This document shows, piece by piece, positions 1 through 13,725 of a stretch of DNA of 64,000 bases. The notes beneath the pieces were generated by a model. The model was not told where the DNA came from and searched no databases. It saw only the letters and a program-made list of their open reading frames with translations. This stretch comes from Eledone cirrhosa (taxonomy: Eukaryota), in assembly GCA_964016885.1 (NCBI GenBank), contig OZ024758.1, positions 4,712,001 through 4,776,000 on the forward strand, given 5' to 3'. Within the stretch, counting starts at the first letter, position 1; every line of letters starts with the position of its first letter. The translations under genes were made by a program, and so were the position numbers.

Positions 1-158
1 TACTTGGAGGAATTTGTCCAAAGACTTCTTGAATTTTGTGTGGTCAGTTTCTGTTTTGACGTGTCCTGGTGTGATGTTGAAGAGAGCAGGGCCGATTGAG
101 GTGAAATAATTGTGCCCGTATTGTTGTTATGAGTTGCGATTTAGATTTTTGAATGGGA
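1..158 (-). mobile_element. CR1/L2-like LINE ORF2 C-terminal fragment (decayed)
   Basis: Minus strand translates [38 protein letters not shown], matching the GPxLFN..P / FKxxLDxFL tail of CR1/L2-group ORF2. Frameshifted against upstream [11 protein letters not shown] and cut off by the (TA)n tract. Confidence 0.7.
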
Positions 159-1836
<1,678 letters not shown>

Positions 1837-2105
1837 AGCGGCGATGAATTAGTTTTGCGAGGTTTTTTATATGAAATCGTGTGTCGAAACAGATATTGTT
1901 ATATTTGGGGAGGGTCATATTTGCGTAATATTGCCAGAATTAATAACAGAACACACTCACTGTTTGGTTGGTTTTCGCTTCTCGCTGTCTTTTATATATA
2001 TATATATCTGCGATCTAACTTACTCGGTCCTCAATGTTGCCATTGACTGACCGGCGGTCAAAAATAATACAGATACAATATAGACAAACACATATATATA
2101 TAGTT

Positions 2106-2147
2106 TACATAAATCTTTCGTTGCACATCTGCAACATCGTCAGTGGT
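2106..2147 (-). ncRNA. type I hammerhead ribozyme motif (family E, left arm)
   Basis: Reverse complement of the 2253-2294 motif; stem I is weak (2 bp). Confidence 0.6.
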
Positions 2148-2252
2148 GTTATATTCATTGTTCCTCCTGTTGTGTTGTATGTCTGAGACTGAGACTGAAC
2201 AAAAAAAAATGGTGTAGACATACAACACAACAGGAGGAACAATGAATATAAC

Positions 2253-2294
2253 ACCACTGACGATGTTGCAGATGTGCAACGAAAGATTTATGTA
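2253..2294 (+). ncRNA. type I hammerhead ribozyme motif (family E, right arm)
   Basis: CTGACGA(2257)-T-GTTGCA-gatg-TGCAAC-GAAA(2281)-gatt-TA. 6-bp stem II, minimal 1-bp stem III with near-palindromic loop, stem I only CA/TG. Confidence 0.6.
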
Positions 2295-2634
2295 AACTAT
2301 ATATATATGTGTTTGTCTATATTGTATCTGTATTATTTTTGACCGCCGGTCAGTCAATGGCAACATTGAGGACCGAGTAAGTTAGATCGCAGATATATAT
2401 ATATAAAAGACAGCGAGAAGCGAAAACCAACCAAACAGTGAGTGTGTTCTGTTATTAATTCTGGCAATATTACGCAAATATGACCCTCCCCAAATATAAC
2501 CATATATATACATATATATACATATATATATTATATATATATCCCTATACTTCAAGTTACCATCGTATCTACTAATGCATTGGACTCTCTATTCCTGGCA
2601 TCGATATGACCTATCACTATAATAACAGTAACAA

Positions 2635-2635
2635 C

Positions 2636-2691
<56 letters not shown>

Positions 2692-2720
2692 CAGCAGCAG
2701 CAGCAGCAGCAACAGCAGGC
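2635..2720. repeat. (TAG)n(CAG)n microsatellite
   Basis: Direct reading. Confidence 0.95.
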
Positions 2721-3079
2721 AGTTTTACAGAATGACTATTTGTAGTTTCTGTTTGATGTTGCTTTAATACACCATGGCAGTGTTAATTGAGTGAACCGAT
2801 GATTAAAGACCTTCCAGTCGTAGATATCCACCATTTTGTATATCTAGATCTTCATTATACAAACGTTTCTTTCTGTTTAAAAGAAGGTAAGATGTGATAT
2901 GTGGAACTTTCAATGCTAGTTTTAGCGGCTCGAGCAAACACCTCCATGTTTTCACATTGAAACGAGAAGTTTATGGTTGACAAGATAGATAGCTTGTAGC
3001 CCTAAATGCATGATAGCTTTTAATTCTGAACACATATGTTGAGAGTTCAAATCTGATTGTGATCAACCTAATTGATTAT

Positions 3080-3433
3080 TCTTTTCTTATTCGTTCGAAA
3101 AAGAAATCCCAGACCTCATTCGCTTGCCAAATGTGGTGGACCTCGTCAAATCGGACCAAGAAACCAATGTTCCCAGTGGTCTCTCCATTGCTGATACTAT
3201 CTACCGGGTCGCAACTCCAGGCAGAAGGAGCAACTCTCAAAATCAGACCAAGAAACCAATGTTCCCAGTGGTCTCTCCATTGCTGATACTATCTACTGGT
3301 CGAAAGTCCTGGCAGAAAGAGCAACGTGAAATAAAGTATCTTACTCAAGGACATAACGCATCACCCGGTCCGAGAATCGAACTCACAACCTCACGATTGC
3401 GAATCCAACTCTCTAACCACTGAGCCACGCACC
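3080..3433 (-). mobile_element. tRNA-derived SINE family 2 with 2 internal 90-bp units
   Basis: Minus strand begins ggtgcgtggctcagtggttagag (A box) ... gagttcgattc (B box) ... tgtccttgagtaagatactt. taattgattat is duplicated on both flanks. Confidence 0.85.
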
Positions 3434-3556
3434 TATAATTGATTATGAACATTTCTCAATATTTGTGGTCTTGCGTCAATATTAGAAATCCTAATTATTT
3501 CTTTCCTTTTGTTTTCCCTTTTTTTATTATTGTCGTCATTGTAGTTGTCAATATTT

Positions 3557-3770
3557 GGATTGGCAGTATCAGTTGAGGGTCGGACGCCAGGCTTTGCAGC
3601 ATAAAGTTACACTCCTTTATGATCTGAGTTCTAATTCCCCCCGAGGTTAGCTTTAGCTTTCATCCTTATTGGGTCGAGGAAATAAAGTACCAGTAATGCA
3701 CTGGCGTCGATTTAATCGACTTTCCTCTCCCCCAAAATTGATGGCCTTGTGCCTATACTAAAAACCATTA
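3557..3770 (+). mobile_element. tRNA-derived SINE family 1
   Basis: tggcagtatc (A box), gagttctaattcc (B box), ctttcatcctt..gtcga..aaataaagtaccag core, ggccttgtgcc tail. Confidence 0.85.
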
Positions 3771-4324
3771 TTTACTATCGTTGCCATCAGTAGTATTTTA
3801 GTAATGCTGTACTACATAGTCTATTAGTATTTCTATTGTATATTTTACAGTCTTGGTGACCTCAGTGATAATATGGCAATCAAGCGTTTATACTTTTCCT
3901 AGTGTTTGTTTGGACTGCGTGGAATGCAAGGCGTTAATTGATTTTCTATTCTATTCATTAGTTGGTCTCGAATTACTATACTGTTTCCTCAAACGAGTGT
4001 GAACGGATTTGAAGATTTGTTAATAAAATGACACTAACAGCTGCTCAAAGAAGACTAGCATTTATTATTGGCAACATTGACAAGATTTCTAACGACTTGC
4101 TAACAATAATAGGTTCTATCCCACTACTAGTGCTGATTCCTGTCACCGGGAACAACATTTACTCATAAATTCTCTTTATTTATCACTACTTCACAAATGT
4201 CTCGGCCAGATTTTTTTTCTCGTTCGTTTAGAATTAAAGAAATTCTGGAAAACTAATGATTAATCAATAACTATTTCGGTTATTCAAATGGGTAACTTTC
4301 GAAGTTTTATGTTAACACCAATAT

Positions 4325-4530
4325 TGATTCCTAGCATAGTCAGACAGCTATATATTTTAAGGGGCATGAGATTAACCGATTAAATCAATCCTAATGGTTT
4401 ACTGGTTCTTATTTTATCAACCTTGGAAGGATAAAAAGTAAAATCGACCTCGGTGAGGTTTAAATTCTCAATGAAAAAGCACCTAATTACCGCAAAGTAT
4501 TTTGTCGTTCCGAGGACAGCGCCACCTACC
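4325..4530 (-). mobile_element. SINE family 1, diverged
   Basis: actggttcttattttatcaacc..ggataaaag..acctcggtgaggttt matches the family core. Confidence 0.6.
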
Positions 4531-4703
4531 ACTATTTTTGCAACATCAGTAGTGTGCGTTGGCTGAATGTCAAGACAAATGTCTTGCTCTAATTAGTTGC
4601 AGTATTTTATATTCTGAGTTCAAAACCACTGAGTTCACCAACGAGTTCACCTCTTATACTTCTGACGTCTACAAAGAAAACACAAAGTACTTGTGTGAAA
4701 ACA

Positions 4704-5407
4704 CGAGGATCAGCTGGAAGGTTCATAGACTGACTATAAAGGAGTGATGCTAGAGCTGTGAAAAAGGAGTGATGCTAGAGCTGTGAAAAAGGAGTGATGC
4801 TAGAGCTGTGAAAAAGAAGTGATGCTAGAGCTGTGAAAAAGGAGTGATGCTAGAGCTGTGAAAAAGGAGTGATCCTAGAGCTGTGAAAAAGGAGTGATCC
4901 TAGAGCTGTGAAAAAGGAGTGATCCTAGAGCTGTGAAAAAGGAGTGATCCTAGAGCTGTGAAAAAGGAGTAATGCTAGAGCTGTGAAAAAGAAGTGATGC
5001 TAGGGCTGTGAAAAACGAGTGATGCTAGAGCTGTGAAAAAGGAGTGATGCTAGAGCTGTGAAAAAGGAGTGATGCTAGAGCTGTGAAAAACGAGTGAAGT
5101 TAGAGCTGGGAAAAAGGAGTGATCCTAGAGCTGTGAAAAAGGAGTGATGCTAGGGCTGTGAAAAAGGAGTGATGCTAGAGCTGTGAAAAAGGAGTAATGC
5201 TAGAGCTGTGAAAAACGAGTGATGCTAGAGCTGTGAAAAAAGAGTAATGCTAGGGCTGTGAAAAAGGAGTAATGCTAGAGCTGTGAAAACTTGCATGCAT
5301 TAATTTCAACACTTCTTATTTCCACAGATTATGTTGCAAAATAAACCTCATTTGGTCATTCCTTGAGAGTATCATGGTCAGCCGATGAACGTTTCAACTG
5401 ACCCTCG
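4704..5407 (+). mobile_element. mariner-like MITE containing a 25-bp minisatellite
   Basis: TIRs cgaggatcagctggaaggttcatagactgac / gtcagccgatgaacgtttcaactgaccctcg. Same family at 15220-15715, 16020-16180 and 34248-34645. Confidence 0.8.
4742..5288. repeat. 25-bp minisatellite x22 (gagtgatgctagagctgtgaaaaag)
   Basis: Period 25 counted from 4742 to 5267. Confidence 0.95.
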
Positions 5408-6309
5408 AAACTAATTCTATCATTCCCCCAAGTTTGAAACCGTTTGCTCAAGTCAAGAACCTATATATAGTAGTGGGCTTTTTAAATTCTGTTGATGGTA
5501 TTGCCATTGTTACTGCAAAGCCAAATACCAGCCAATGCTCAAAGACATTATAACCATGACCAAATAATATTTCTCTACATCGAGGATGACATTTTCCCAT
5601 AGGCTTTTTTTTTTATTTTAAAGAAGGTAAGCTGCCATTTATAGCATATCAAGCACTGCATAGAAGCACACAGGCTGGCCTATTATGACGGAAATGTTGT
5701 CAGGTTTTGTTAGACCCTGAAAATATAAATATTTCCATGACTGGTTAATGCGGCACACTGGTTGAGAATCACTGGGTTAACGTGATAAAATACATTACAA
5801 GATTTTCGATAGGTTTCAATATGGATCCAAACACCATTACAGCTACCATCCAAACAAGCGAAAGTAAATAGCGTAAAATTGCTTATTGAAAATGTAAATA
5901 ACATTCTGGATGACTCAACATATTTATATAATCGTTCAAAACTGACTGCTTGGCACTAATGGCATAATATGATTAGCACCAATCTGTTTTAAAGCAACGA
6001 ATCATTAGTTCCCTGTAATTTTAACAAAAATACAAGTAATATCTAATTGCCTATGTACGCTTTTGTCGCCATTATTATGTGTGACTGTATAGAAAAAAAA
6101 GACGAAATAACACAGACCCAATACTTATACATTGCTTATATTTGCTTTTGTTAGAGAGAGGCCATATTTTTCTTTATATTCAATAAATATTCTAACAATG
6201 GATACATATTTCACGCCATCCATATGTAATTTGTGACTGCAGAACTGCACAGCTCTTTGTAACCACATTCCCGTAATATTGGGGCTGTGATATTTCAATG
6301 CGAGGAGGG

Positions 6310-6545
6310 AGTTAGAATGTCTCAGGAATCAATTGCTTGACAGATTTTACAAGCAAATCCAACCGACAGGAGGCCCAGGAGTAAACCTTGAGCAAGATGG
6401 TTGGATAACATTCATGAGCTTGACTGGTTTTATTTGGGGATCCAGCCGGATCAATTGGTGATAGTTGATTCTGGCAGGAGTTTTTGAGGACTCGCCCTTC
6501 TCCCCACAAGACCCTCTCAAAAAGAAAAAGAAAAAGAAGAAAAAG
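6310..6545 (+). mobile_element. RTE-like LINE 3' fragment (family R3)
   Basis: VRMSQESIA*QILQANPTDRRPRSKP*ARWLDNI resembles the RTE R..G.P..RW.D motif. Related pieces at 48420-48535 (+) and 62330-62455 (-). Confidence 0.6.
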
Positions 6546-7315
6546 AAGAAGAATCACTCCTCATTAGGAACGGAGCAATTGAAATAGAATTACTCAAATG
6601 TGTCATAGGAATTATCGTATTTAACCCTAGGTATATAGTCTTCCTGTATACAGTTTCTGATACACACACATCTACACACACATCCACATACACACACAAG
6701 CAAGCAGACATATACAAAGGCCCACAAACAAACATACACATGTACACACATTTACACATAAACAAATACATGCAAACACACAAGCACGCGTACACACTCA
6801 TATTTACACACAAACAACCAGGACACAAACACAAGTCCATATTGGCATTTGACAATAAGTTTATACAATTTCTTTCTCTTTATTGTAAATGTCTGTTTGC
6901 GGTTGCTACAGAGATCTATCTAAATTCATTTTGAGATCAATAAATGACATCTCATAAGTTTATATGGCTTTAGGATTTAGTAATGCTAACATCAATGAAT
7001 GTCACAGTAAATTAACTGGACTGTTTGATATTAGATACGTCCTTTTCCAGTCACTTATTTCGGCCAGCTGACATTTGCAATTCGGCCGGTCTAACTCTGC
7101 TTCAATTTAATCCGGATTGTCTAGTAAGCAGAACTCTTCTATCAATAAATGAATCAACATCTGACATTGTGCTTTGAAATCAACTCGTTCAACAATCATT
7201 TCTGCATCGTTGATTCTCCTTAAATGGTAACCTGTTAGGCGATGTTAGTACTTTTAATCAAACTGAGATTACAGATTTCAAATAATCTTATTTTACATCA
7301 GTGTGACTACTGTAT

Positions 7316-7358
<43 letters not shown>

Positions 7359-7425
7359 CATACACACTGCCTGTGCATCGTGTGTGTGTGTATTGGTATC
7401 ATCACCAGTAATTAACTGAAGCATG

Positions 7426-7524
<99 letters not shown>

Positions 7525-7889
7525 GCGTGTGTGTGTGTTTTCATGTGTTTGCTAGTGTGTTTCTATGCATGCATGTGAGTATATTGCTTTGGATGTAAAG
7601 TGAAGAGTGGTTTATGCGCTCCATGGAAGCCATTTTCCAGTTTATACCGATACGAGCAGTTAAACCCAGTTTTCTAAAGTGGTGATGGCGTTTGTAGCGG
7701 TCAGTTATGTCATCTTCTGGCATTTACAGCCTTATGAAGAGGGCAATTAACAGTTCAATCTCTCAGATATCGAATAGCGCACATACAAACGCACACACAC
7801 ATATATACACACACTCATATATACGTACACATATACGCGCACACACACACAAATACACATGTGTGTGTGTGTGTGTGTGTGTGCGTGTT

Positions 7890-8079
7890 AGGTAATTCCG
7901 AAGAAAAGGCGAAGGAAAAAAGAGTGCTCTATGTATAAAACAGAGCTATTTAATTAGAAAGTGAACAACACAATATATAACTATTCCATTACCAAAGATG
8001 AACGATTTAGACATATACTAATATTGTCTAGGGTCTTGAAACCTTTCGTAATGGAGTAGTTGTATATTGTATTGTTCAC

Positions 8080-8087
<8 letters not shown>
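7890..8087. mobile_element. palindromic element (family B) with 5'-clipped hammerhead
   Basis: Arms 7953-7997 / 8043-8087. The loop reads ATGA-..TAGACA..TGTCTA..-GAAA-cctttcg-TA; the CTG of the core is replaced by the inverted arm. Confidence 0.6.
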
Positions 8088-8157
<70 letters not shown>

Positions 8158-8240
8158 GGGGAGGGCGTGTGCACGTGCGTGCGTGTGTGTGTATAATAAG
8201 AACAAAGTGGGGGTGTTACAAAGGGGAGATTTGTTGCTCA

Positions 8241-8333
8241 AACCCGGTTACAAATGTTTCCCAGGCAGCCGGCTTATGATCTAGGGGTCATCCCAGACCC
8301 GACTCCAAGTCTGCCTCATCCTCAGACCAGTTT
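8241..8333 (-). ncRNA. type I hammerhead ribozyme with expanded stem II
   Basis: Minus strand: aaactggt-CTGAGGA-tgAGGCAG-(42 nt)-CTGCCTgg-GAAA-catttg-TA-accgggtt. Stem I 7/8 pairs, GUA cleavage triplet. Confidence 0.7.
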
Positions 8334-8520
8334 TAACACAACAAAAATCACAACAAATCTGAAGACGAACGAGCCAGACACAGACAAGCCCATGGAATGA
8401 CCAATCACGAGCTCAGAATCCAACGAACGCACGCATCCCGAGCATTACAAGAAAATAACAGTTTTCTTCAGATTTACTGAACCATTTGCACACACATATA
8501 TATATATATATATACATATA

Positions 8521-8850
8521 TACAATATTAAATAAATGGAAAACTATATTTATAAAACCATATTTATTTCATTATATATATTTCGGGGATATCATATTAA
8601 CAATATGCTATGCCTTCATCAGACAAAATACAATATAAACAGTTTTATAGATAAATATATTCAACATACCGTAATAAACATCAACTTGTTAATATGATAT
8701 CCCCGAAATATATATAATGAAATAAATATGGTTTTATAAATATAGTTTTCCATTTATTTAATATTGTAAATATACTCCAAATATTTGTCGAGTGCTTTTA
8801 TATCAGTTATAAATATTTACTAGTTGTAACCCAACAATTTTAAATATAAC
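8521..8850 (+). mobile_element. palindromic Penelope-like element (family A) in (TA)n
   Basis: 83-bp arms 8521-8603 / 8686-8768 plus tail. Homologous to 43136-43450 and 36962-37045. Confidence 0.75.
8565..8630 (-). ncRNA. type I hammerhead ribozyme (family A)
   Basis: tattttgt-CTGATGA-aggcatagcatatt-gtt-aatatgatatcccc-GAAA-tatata-TA-atgaaata. 8-bp stem I (2 GU pairs), palindromic stem/loop III, 3 mismatches in stem II. Confidence 0.7.
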
Positions 8851-8877
8851 TTTACATATATACATATATATATATAT

Positions 8878-8908
<31 letters not shown>

Positions 8909-9134
8909 TGTCGTCTTTTCTTTCTTTTTTTCTTTCTCTCCCTCGTGGCCTTTTGATAGATAGAAGGCTATGGGCGCGCTACGGATAAATGTATAGTTAA
9001 TAATGCGCCGAAACATCCGTGAACCGTAGTTAACTACTGACGAAGGGAGACTGTTCACCTCTTGTCTCCTTTACCTTCTAACACCCGTTATCAGTAACCA
9101 CACAGCCCTCCTCTCATCCATACTTTATATATAC

Positions 9135-9181
<47 letters not shown>

Positions 9182-9210
9182 CATATATATATATACATAT
9201 ATATATATAC

Positions 9211-9241
<31 letters not shown>

Positions 9242-9340
9242 CATATATATATATACATATATATATATACATATATATATATACATATATATATATACAT
9301 ATATATATATACATATATATATATACATATATATATATAC

Positions 9341-9428
<88 letters not shown>

Positions 9429-9972
9429 GAAGGTGTGCATTTATATGTATATGCTTGTTTGTTAGATGGCCGAGATATTAAACACTTTCAACTGCATCAT
9501 TCACTCGCCCCCGCCTTTCACTTTCATCGGGCTGCAGGGATGCTCGGTTGTTTCAATGTTCTATTCTGAGTAAAGGTAGCCAGTTTTCAATGCAGGTTAT
9601 TGAATGAAAAGCAAAATTAAATTAAAATTGACTGTTCCGTATTTTGTCTACTGAAATGTTCTTTCCGTCATCTTGAGATACATTTCGATATTATACCTCG
9701 TCAATAACAATTCCTGTACGATTCCATATCATTAGTGAATTTAAATTAAAGTGATAAAATGTAGTCAAACAGATAAATGAATCATCTGATTGGTTTCATT
9801 CTGTCTAGTAAACTTATATGTAATGCCAATTACATACAACTTTGAAGAACTTAATATATTTATATATATATATTAAAATTTAGTAATGATATAGATATAA
9901 TTGCTCATGAAACTAAAGTGATTATATGCGCATAGAGAAACTAGTCTTCCTATGTTAAAAAGATTTACATTA

Positions 9973-10097
9973 CACGGTGGCTCAAAAGTCGCAATACATA
10001 AGAAATGTTTAAGTTTCCATATATATTTAATTTGAATAAATCGTTTCTTATAAAACATAACAATTTTTTTTTATTTATCGAGACTTTTGGGCCACTA
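9973..10097. mobile_element. small Tc1/mariner-like MITE
   Basis: tacacggtggctcaaaagtcgc ... gagacttttgggccact imperfect TIRs. Confidence 0.5.
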
Positions 10098-10342
10098 AAA
10101 TACTTGATGTTAAGTTAATGTTGATTATCGTCATGTATTTTACCTTGAAGTTAGGTTACCTCAACCGCTGGTGGGGAAAACTGGGAGATAAGAAATAACT
10201 ATACTAACATTTTACAGAATGAAAACAAAATTGAAAGGATGAGTGAATAGTTCAGACCCTTTATTGACTGGAAAATGTAGCTCTCATTCCGAATCCGGAA
10301 CTAATCATATGAAATTGACCTGGGGCTAAAAATAACATTATT

Positions 10343-10620
10343 CTTGTGACGCTAAACTTCGCCAGTTGTAGACTCCGCATTAACATGCGATAACTCTCTC
10401 CAGAAAGTTCGATCACCAGCAGCAGAGTTTAAAGAGCAAAGATCAAGTCCAGTCCATAAGTTGACATTGTGAAGCCATCGTTTTGGCTGTCAGCCTCTAC
10501 TTCTCTTACCAGCCAACCTTCCTTCCAGGCATAACCTACTCACACCACGAGTTGATCTTTTTATATGACCGTATATTTTGAGTACTCTTGACTTGACAAT
10601 TGATGTAATTGGTCTAAGTT
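10343..10620 (-). mobile_element. RTE-like LINE 3' end (family R2)
   Basis: IVKSRVLKIYGHIKRSTRGVSRLCLEGRLAGKRSRG*QPKRWLHNVNLWTG..AAGDRTFWREL. Homologous to 52751-52905. Confidence 0.8.
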
Positions 10621-10947
10621 TGATAATGTTTACAACTCACTGATACAGATATGTTAAGGTATTTTTCTCAAAATAAATAATATAAAAATCTCATAGATTC
10701 GATATTATGTGAGGCAAAGCCTTTACCCCAAAAGTATAGAAAATACAGAGTAATATAAATACTAATGGGTTGAGAAGACAGAATTAAAGAGGAAATGTGA
10801 CACAGTCCTAAATAATTATTCTTAAATAACACCAAGATAAAACGGAGCCCAGTTACATCGATTGAAGTAATGGAGCATTTTTGCTAAAACTGATAGATTT
10901 TGAAATTGGCTTTTAAACTTACCAACAGAAAATTACTATTGATTTTT

Positions 10948-11115
10948 ACATTAGGCACAAGGCTAGTAATTACTGGTGCTTTATTTTATCGTATCTATCC
11001 GGTAAGGATGGAGGGCAAAGCTAACCTCAGCGGGATTTAAATTCAGAACGTAAAGAACCGTAACTCTATGCTGCAAAGCATGGTGTCCGACACTCTACCG
11101 ATTCTGCCAATCCAC
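10948..11115 (-). mobile_element. SINE family 1
   Basis: Family core and head recognisable. Confidence 0.8.
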
Positions 11116-11686
11116 ATTAGGCACAAAGCTAGTAATTTTTGCAAAATTCGAGGGGAAATTCGATTAAGTCAACTCCAGTAACTAGTAATGTTATGGAATT
11201 GAAATATTTCAAAATTAACAAAAATATACTTCATTGGTTTCGAAATATATTTAAAGTTATATCGAATAAAAGTGTAGGAATCTGTCGGATTCGTACATTG
11301 GGTTACATCAATCTTCCCAACGAAACAATTTCACTGAAAACATTAGAATTATTATAACATCAATAACAATCAATGTCAATAAATAAACAAAGATTTATGC
11401 AGATATTTTTAATAATTATACTAGAGACACACGTCACCAAAGTCTTAGTCACCAACTAGTCTTAGCTAAACCTCAAACTAGTACTATAATGAAATTTATG
11501 AAGGGAGAAACTAATAAAATTCTGCTTTATGAATAAAATATGATTTAATATACCAGATATAACCAAAATAAAAAAGGAAGAATTTTTGGTATTATTAATG
11601 TATGTATGTATGTATGTATGTATGTATGTATGTGTGTATGTGTGTATGTGTGTGCGTGTGCGTGTGTGTGTGTGCGTGCGCGCGTG

Positions 11687-11717
<31 letters not shown>

Positions 11718-11833
11718 GCATGCGCAAGTGTTTCTGCGTATATTGGATGGTCAAGTATGAAATTTGTAGAAAATTCCTTCTTTTCAACGAATTTCTACAA
11801 ATTTTATACTTGACGACCCAATATAAATCTTTC

Positions 11834-11891
<58 letters not shown>

Positions 11892-12173
11892 AAGAGAGAG
11901 AGTCAAGTGAGAAAGCAGACTGTGTTGATATTATCCTCGATATCTCTAGAAAAGGACATCCATTGTGAGAGTTCAAATCAGAAAAAATAAGGTAGGGAGA
12001 GAACTCCAAGGAAGTTTATTGATCCAATTTTATTCTTTTACTTTAAGAAATCACGTTGAGTATTGGACCTAATTGATGAAATTAAGGCTTGGTTCATTCA
12101 TATACATGCTTGTAAGTCCATTGGTGTATATTTCTCTCTCTGTCTCTCGTTCTCTCACTATATATAAACGCGC

Positions 12174-12220
<47 letters not shown>

Positions 12221-12651
12221 TGTAGAACAATAAAAAAAAAAAACAAATGCCAGGTGTAGGTAGATAGTGACTATCTATCAACACCTTCTGTTTTTTATTG
12301 TTCTATACCCAAACACGTACATGTAAATGACTGTACGGATTTTCTTCGAAGATACCTTAGGCGGTGATCACCTACCTACATCCATTATTCTAAGGACATA
12401 TTGAGTTCTAACAACGTTATCAGGCCCACCACAACCAATGGGATTACGATATATTTCACGTGTTAATCCTCCTTCCGCCTCTAGAGATTTACTCACTTGC
12501 TACGAACGCGTCAAGAAACAGTCCTTTCTTTCTGAGCAGTTTCTTGATAAGCCGTATCAACCTCACATCAATAATGCATTTTTATAGTGCAGAGGAGGTT
12601 GCACGCGGATCGGCGAAACTGAAGTTGGGACTCCTCATATTTTGTAATTTT

Positions 12652-12713
<62 letters not shown>

Positions 12714-12716
<3 letters not shown>

Positions 12717-13085
12717 CGTTTCTGAATTTGTTTAGCAAGATTCTTTATCTGAAAACGTGTGTTGAAACGGATATTGTTATGCTTAGGGAGGGTCATGTTG
12801 CCAATAAGAAACACACGCACCAGTTGCTTTCACTCCAATTTATTATAAATTAAATTTATAAATTTAAGAATATATAAATTTCGGGTTGGTTTGGTTCTAT
12901 AACCGGACGGATGTTCATATATTGTCAAAGTTCTTTCGTCACACATTCTGTGACCTCTTCAGTAACTTAGGATTATTTTCTTTTCATTGTGCCTCTCCTT
13001 TGTTCTGTCCTACGCCATCTTGTGTGTGTTGTGTGCTTAGTTTGCGCATGTGTTACATCCGGGTGTCTGTGTGTGTTTTTATATA
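12714..13085 (-). mobile_element. family E element next to (TA)n
   Basis: Shares the gaaacggatattgttat..gggagggtcat block with 1837-2500, and the tail atttcgtttctgaatttgttt with 37074. Confidence 0.65.
12924..12966 (-). ncRNA. type I hammerhead ribozyme (family E)
   Basis: gtta-CTGAAGA-G-GTCACA-gaatg-TGTGAC-GAAA-gaac-TT-tgac. 4-bp stem I; 6-bp stem II covaries with the 2257 copy. Confidence 0.7.
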
Positions 13086-13087
13086 TA

Positions 13088-13210
13088 TAGGAACCAATAA
13101 AAGACTCCAGTTGCATTTTCGATTTCCTCTTTTTTCCTTATACTTTCACTCGTGTAGGACACCTCGTTTTTTTTTTTTTTCATTTTGTAAAAAAAACCTC
13201 ACTTTAATAT
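13088..13210 (+). mobile_element. family D 3' tail
   Basis: aagactccagttgcattttcgatttc..ctcgtgtaggacacctcg..aaaaaacctcacttt is shared with 42995-43097. Confidence 0.7.
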
Positions 13211-13269
13211 ATATATATATAGTAACTAGAGAGATAGTGATTGGCAGTTGAAGAGAGAGTTATACAGTC

Positions 13270-13514
13270 ACATATATATATATATATATGTGTGTATATA
13301 TATATATATGTGTATATATATATATATATGTGTGTGTATATATATATATATGTGAATATATATATATGTGTGTATATATATATATGTGTGTGTATATATA
13401 TATATGTGTGTGTATATATATATATGTGTATATATATATATATGTGTGTATATATATATATATGTGTATATATATATATATATGTGTGTATATATATATA
13501 TGTGTGTATATATA

Positions 13515-13545
<31 letters not shown>

Positions 13546-13694
13546 GTGTGTATATATATATATATGTGTGTATATATATATATATATGTCTATATATATA
13601 TATATGTCTATATATATATATATGTGTGTATATATATATATATGTGTATATATATATATATATGTGTGTATATATATATATGTGTGTATATATA

Positions 13695-13725
<31 letters not shown>

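Larger units (their letters stand above)
1837..2500 (-). mobile_element. palindromic Penelope-like terminal element (family E) in (TA)n
   Basis: Near-perfect inverted arms 1898-2184 and 2216-2500, 31-bp loop, unique tail 1837-1897. Related sequence (gggagggtcat block) at 12714-12970 and 37074-37278. Each arm carries a hammerhead core. Confidence 0.75.

Noticed and set aside
3370-3433. tRNA gene
   Set aside because: The tRNA-like A/B boxes continue directly into a multi-copy SINE body.
4505-4523. REST/NRSE-like ggacagcgcc
   Set aside because: Half site only, inside a decayed SINE.
4742-5288. Possible CRISPR-like array, also 46169-46455 and 49924-50865
   Set aside because: Head-to-tail tandem units without unique spacers, no cas genes, eukaryotic context.
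7541-7770. Possible exon MPEDDITDRYKRHHHF
   Set aside because: No recognisable domain; the ORF runs into a microsatellite and has no convincing splice context.
12585-12632. Hammerhead-like cagagga..GAAA-ctgaag-TT
   Set aside because: Core mutated, stem II mostly GU pairs, no stem I.
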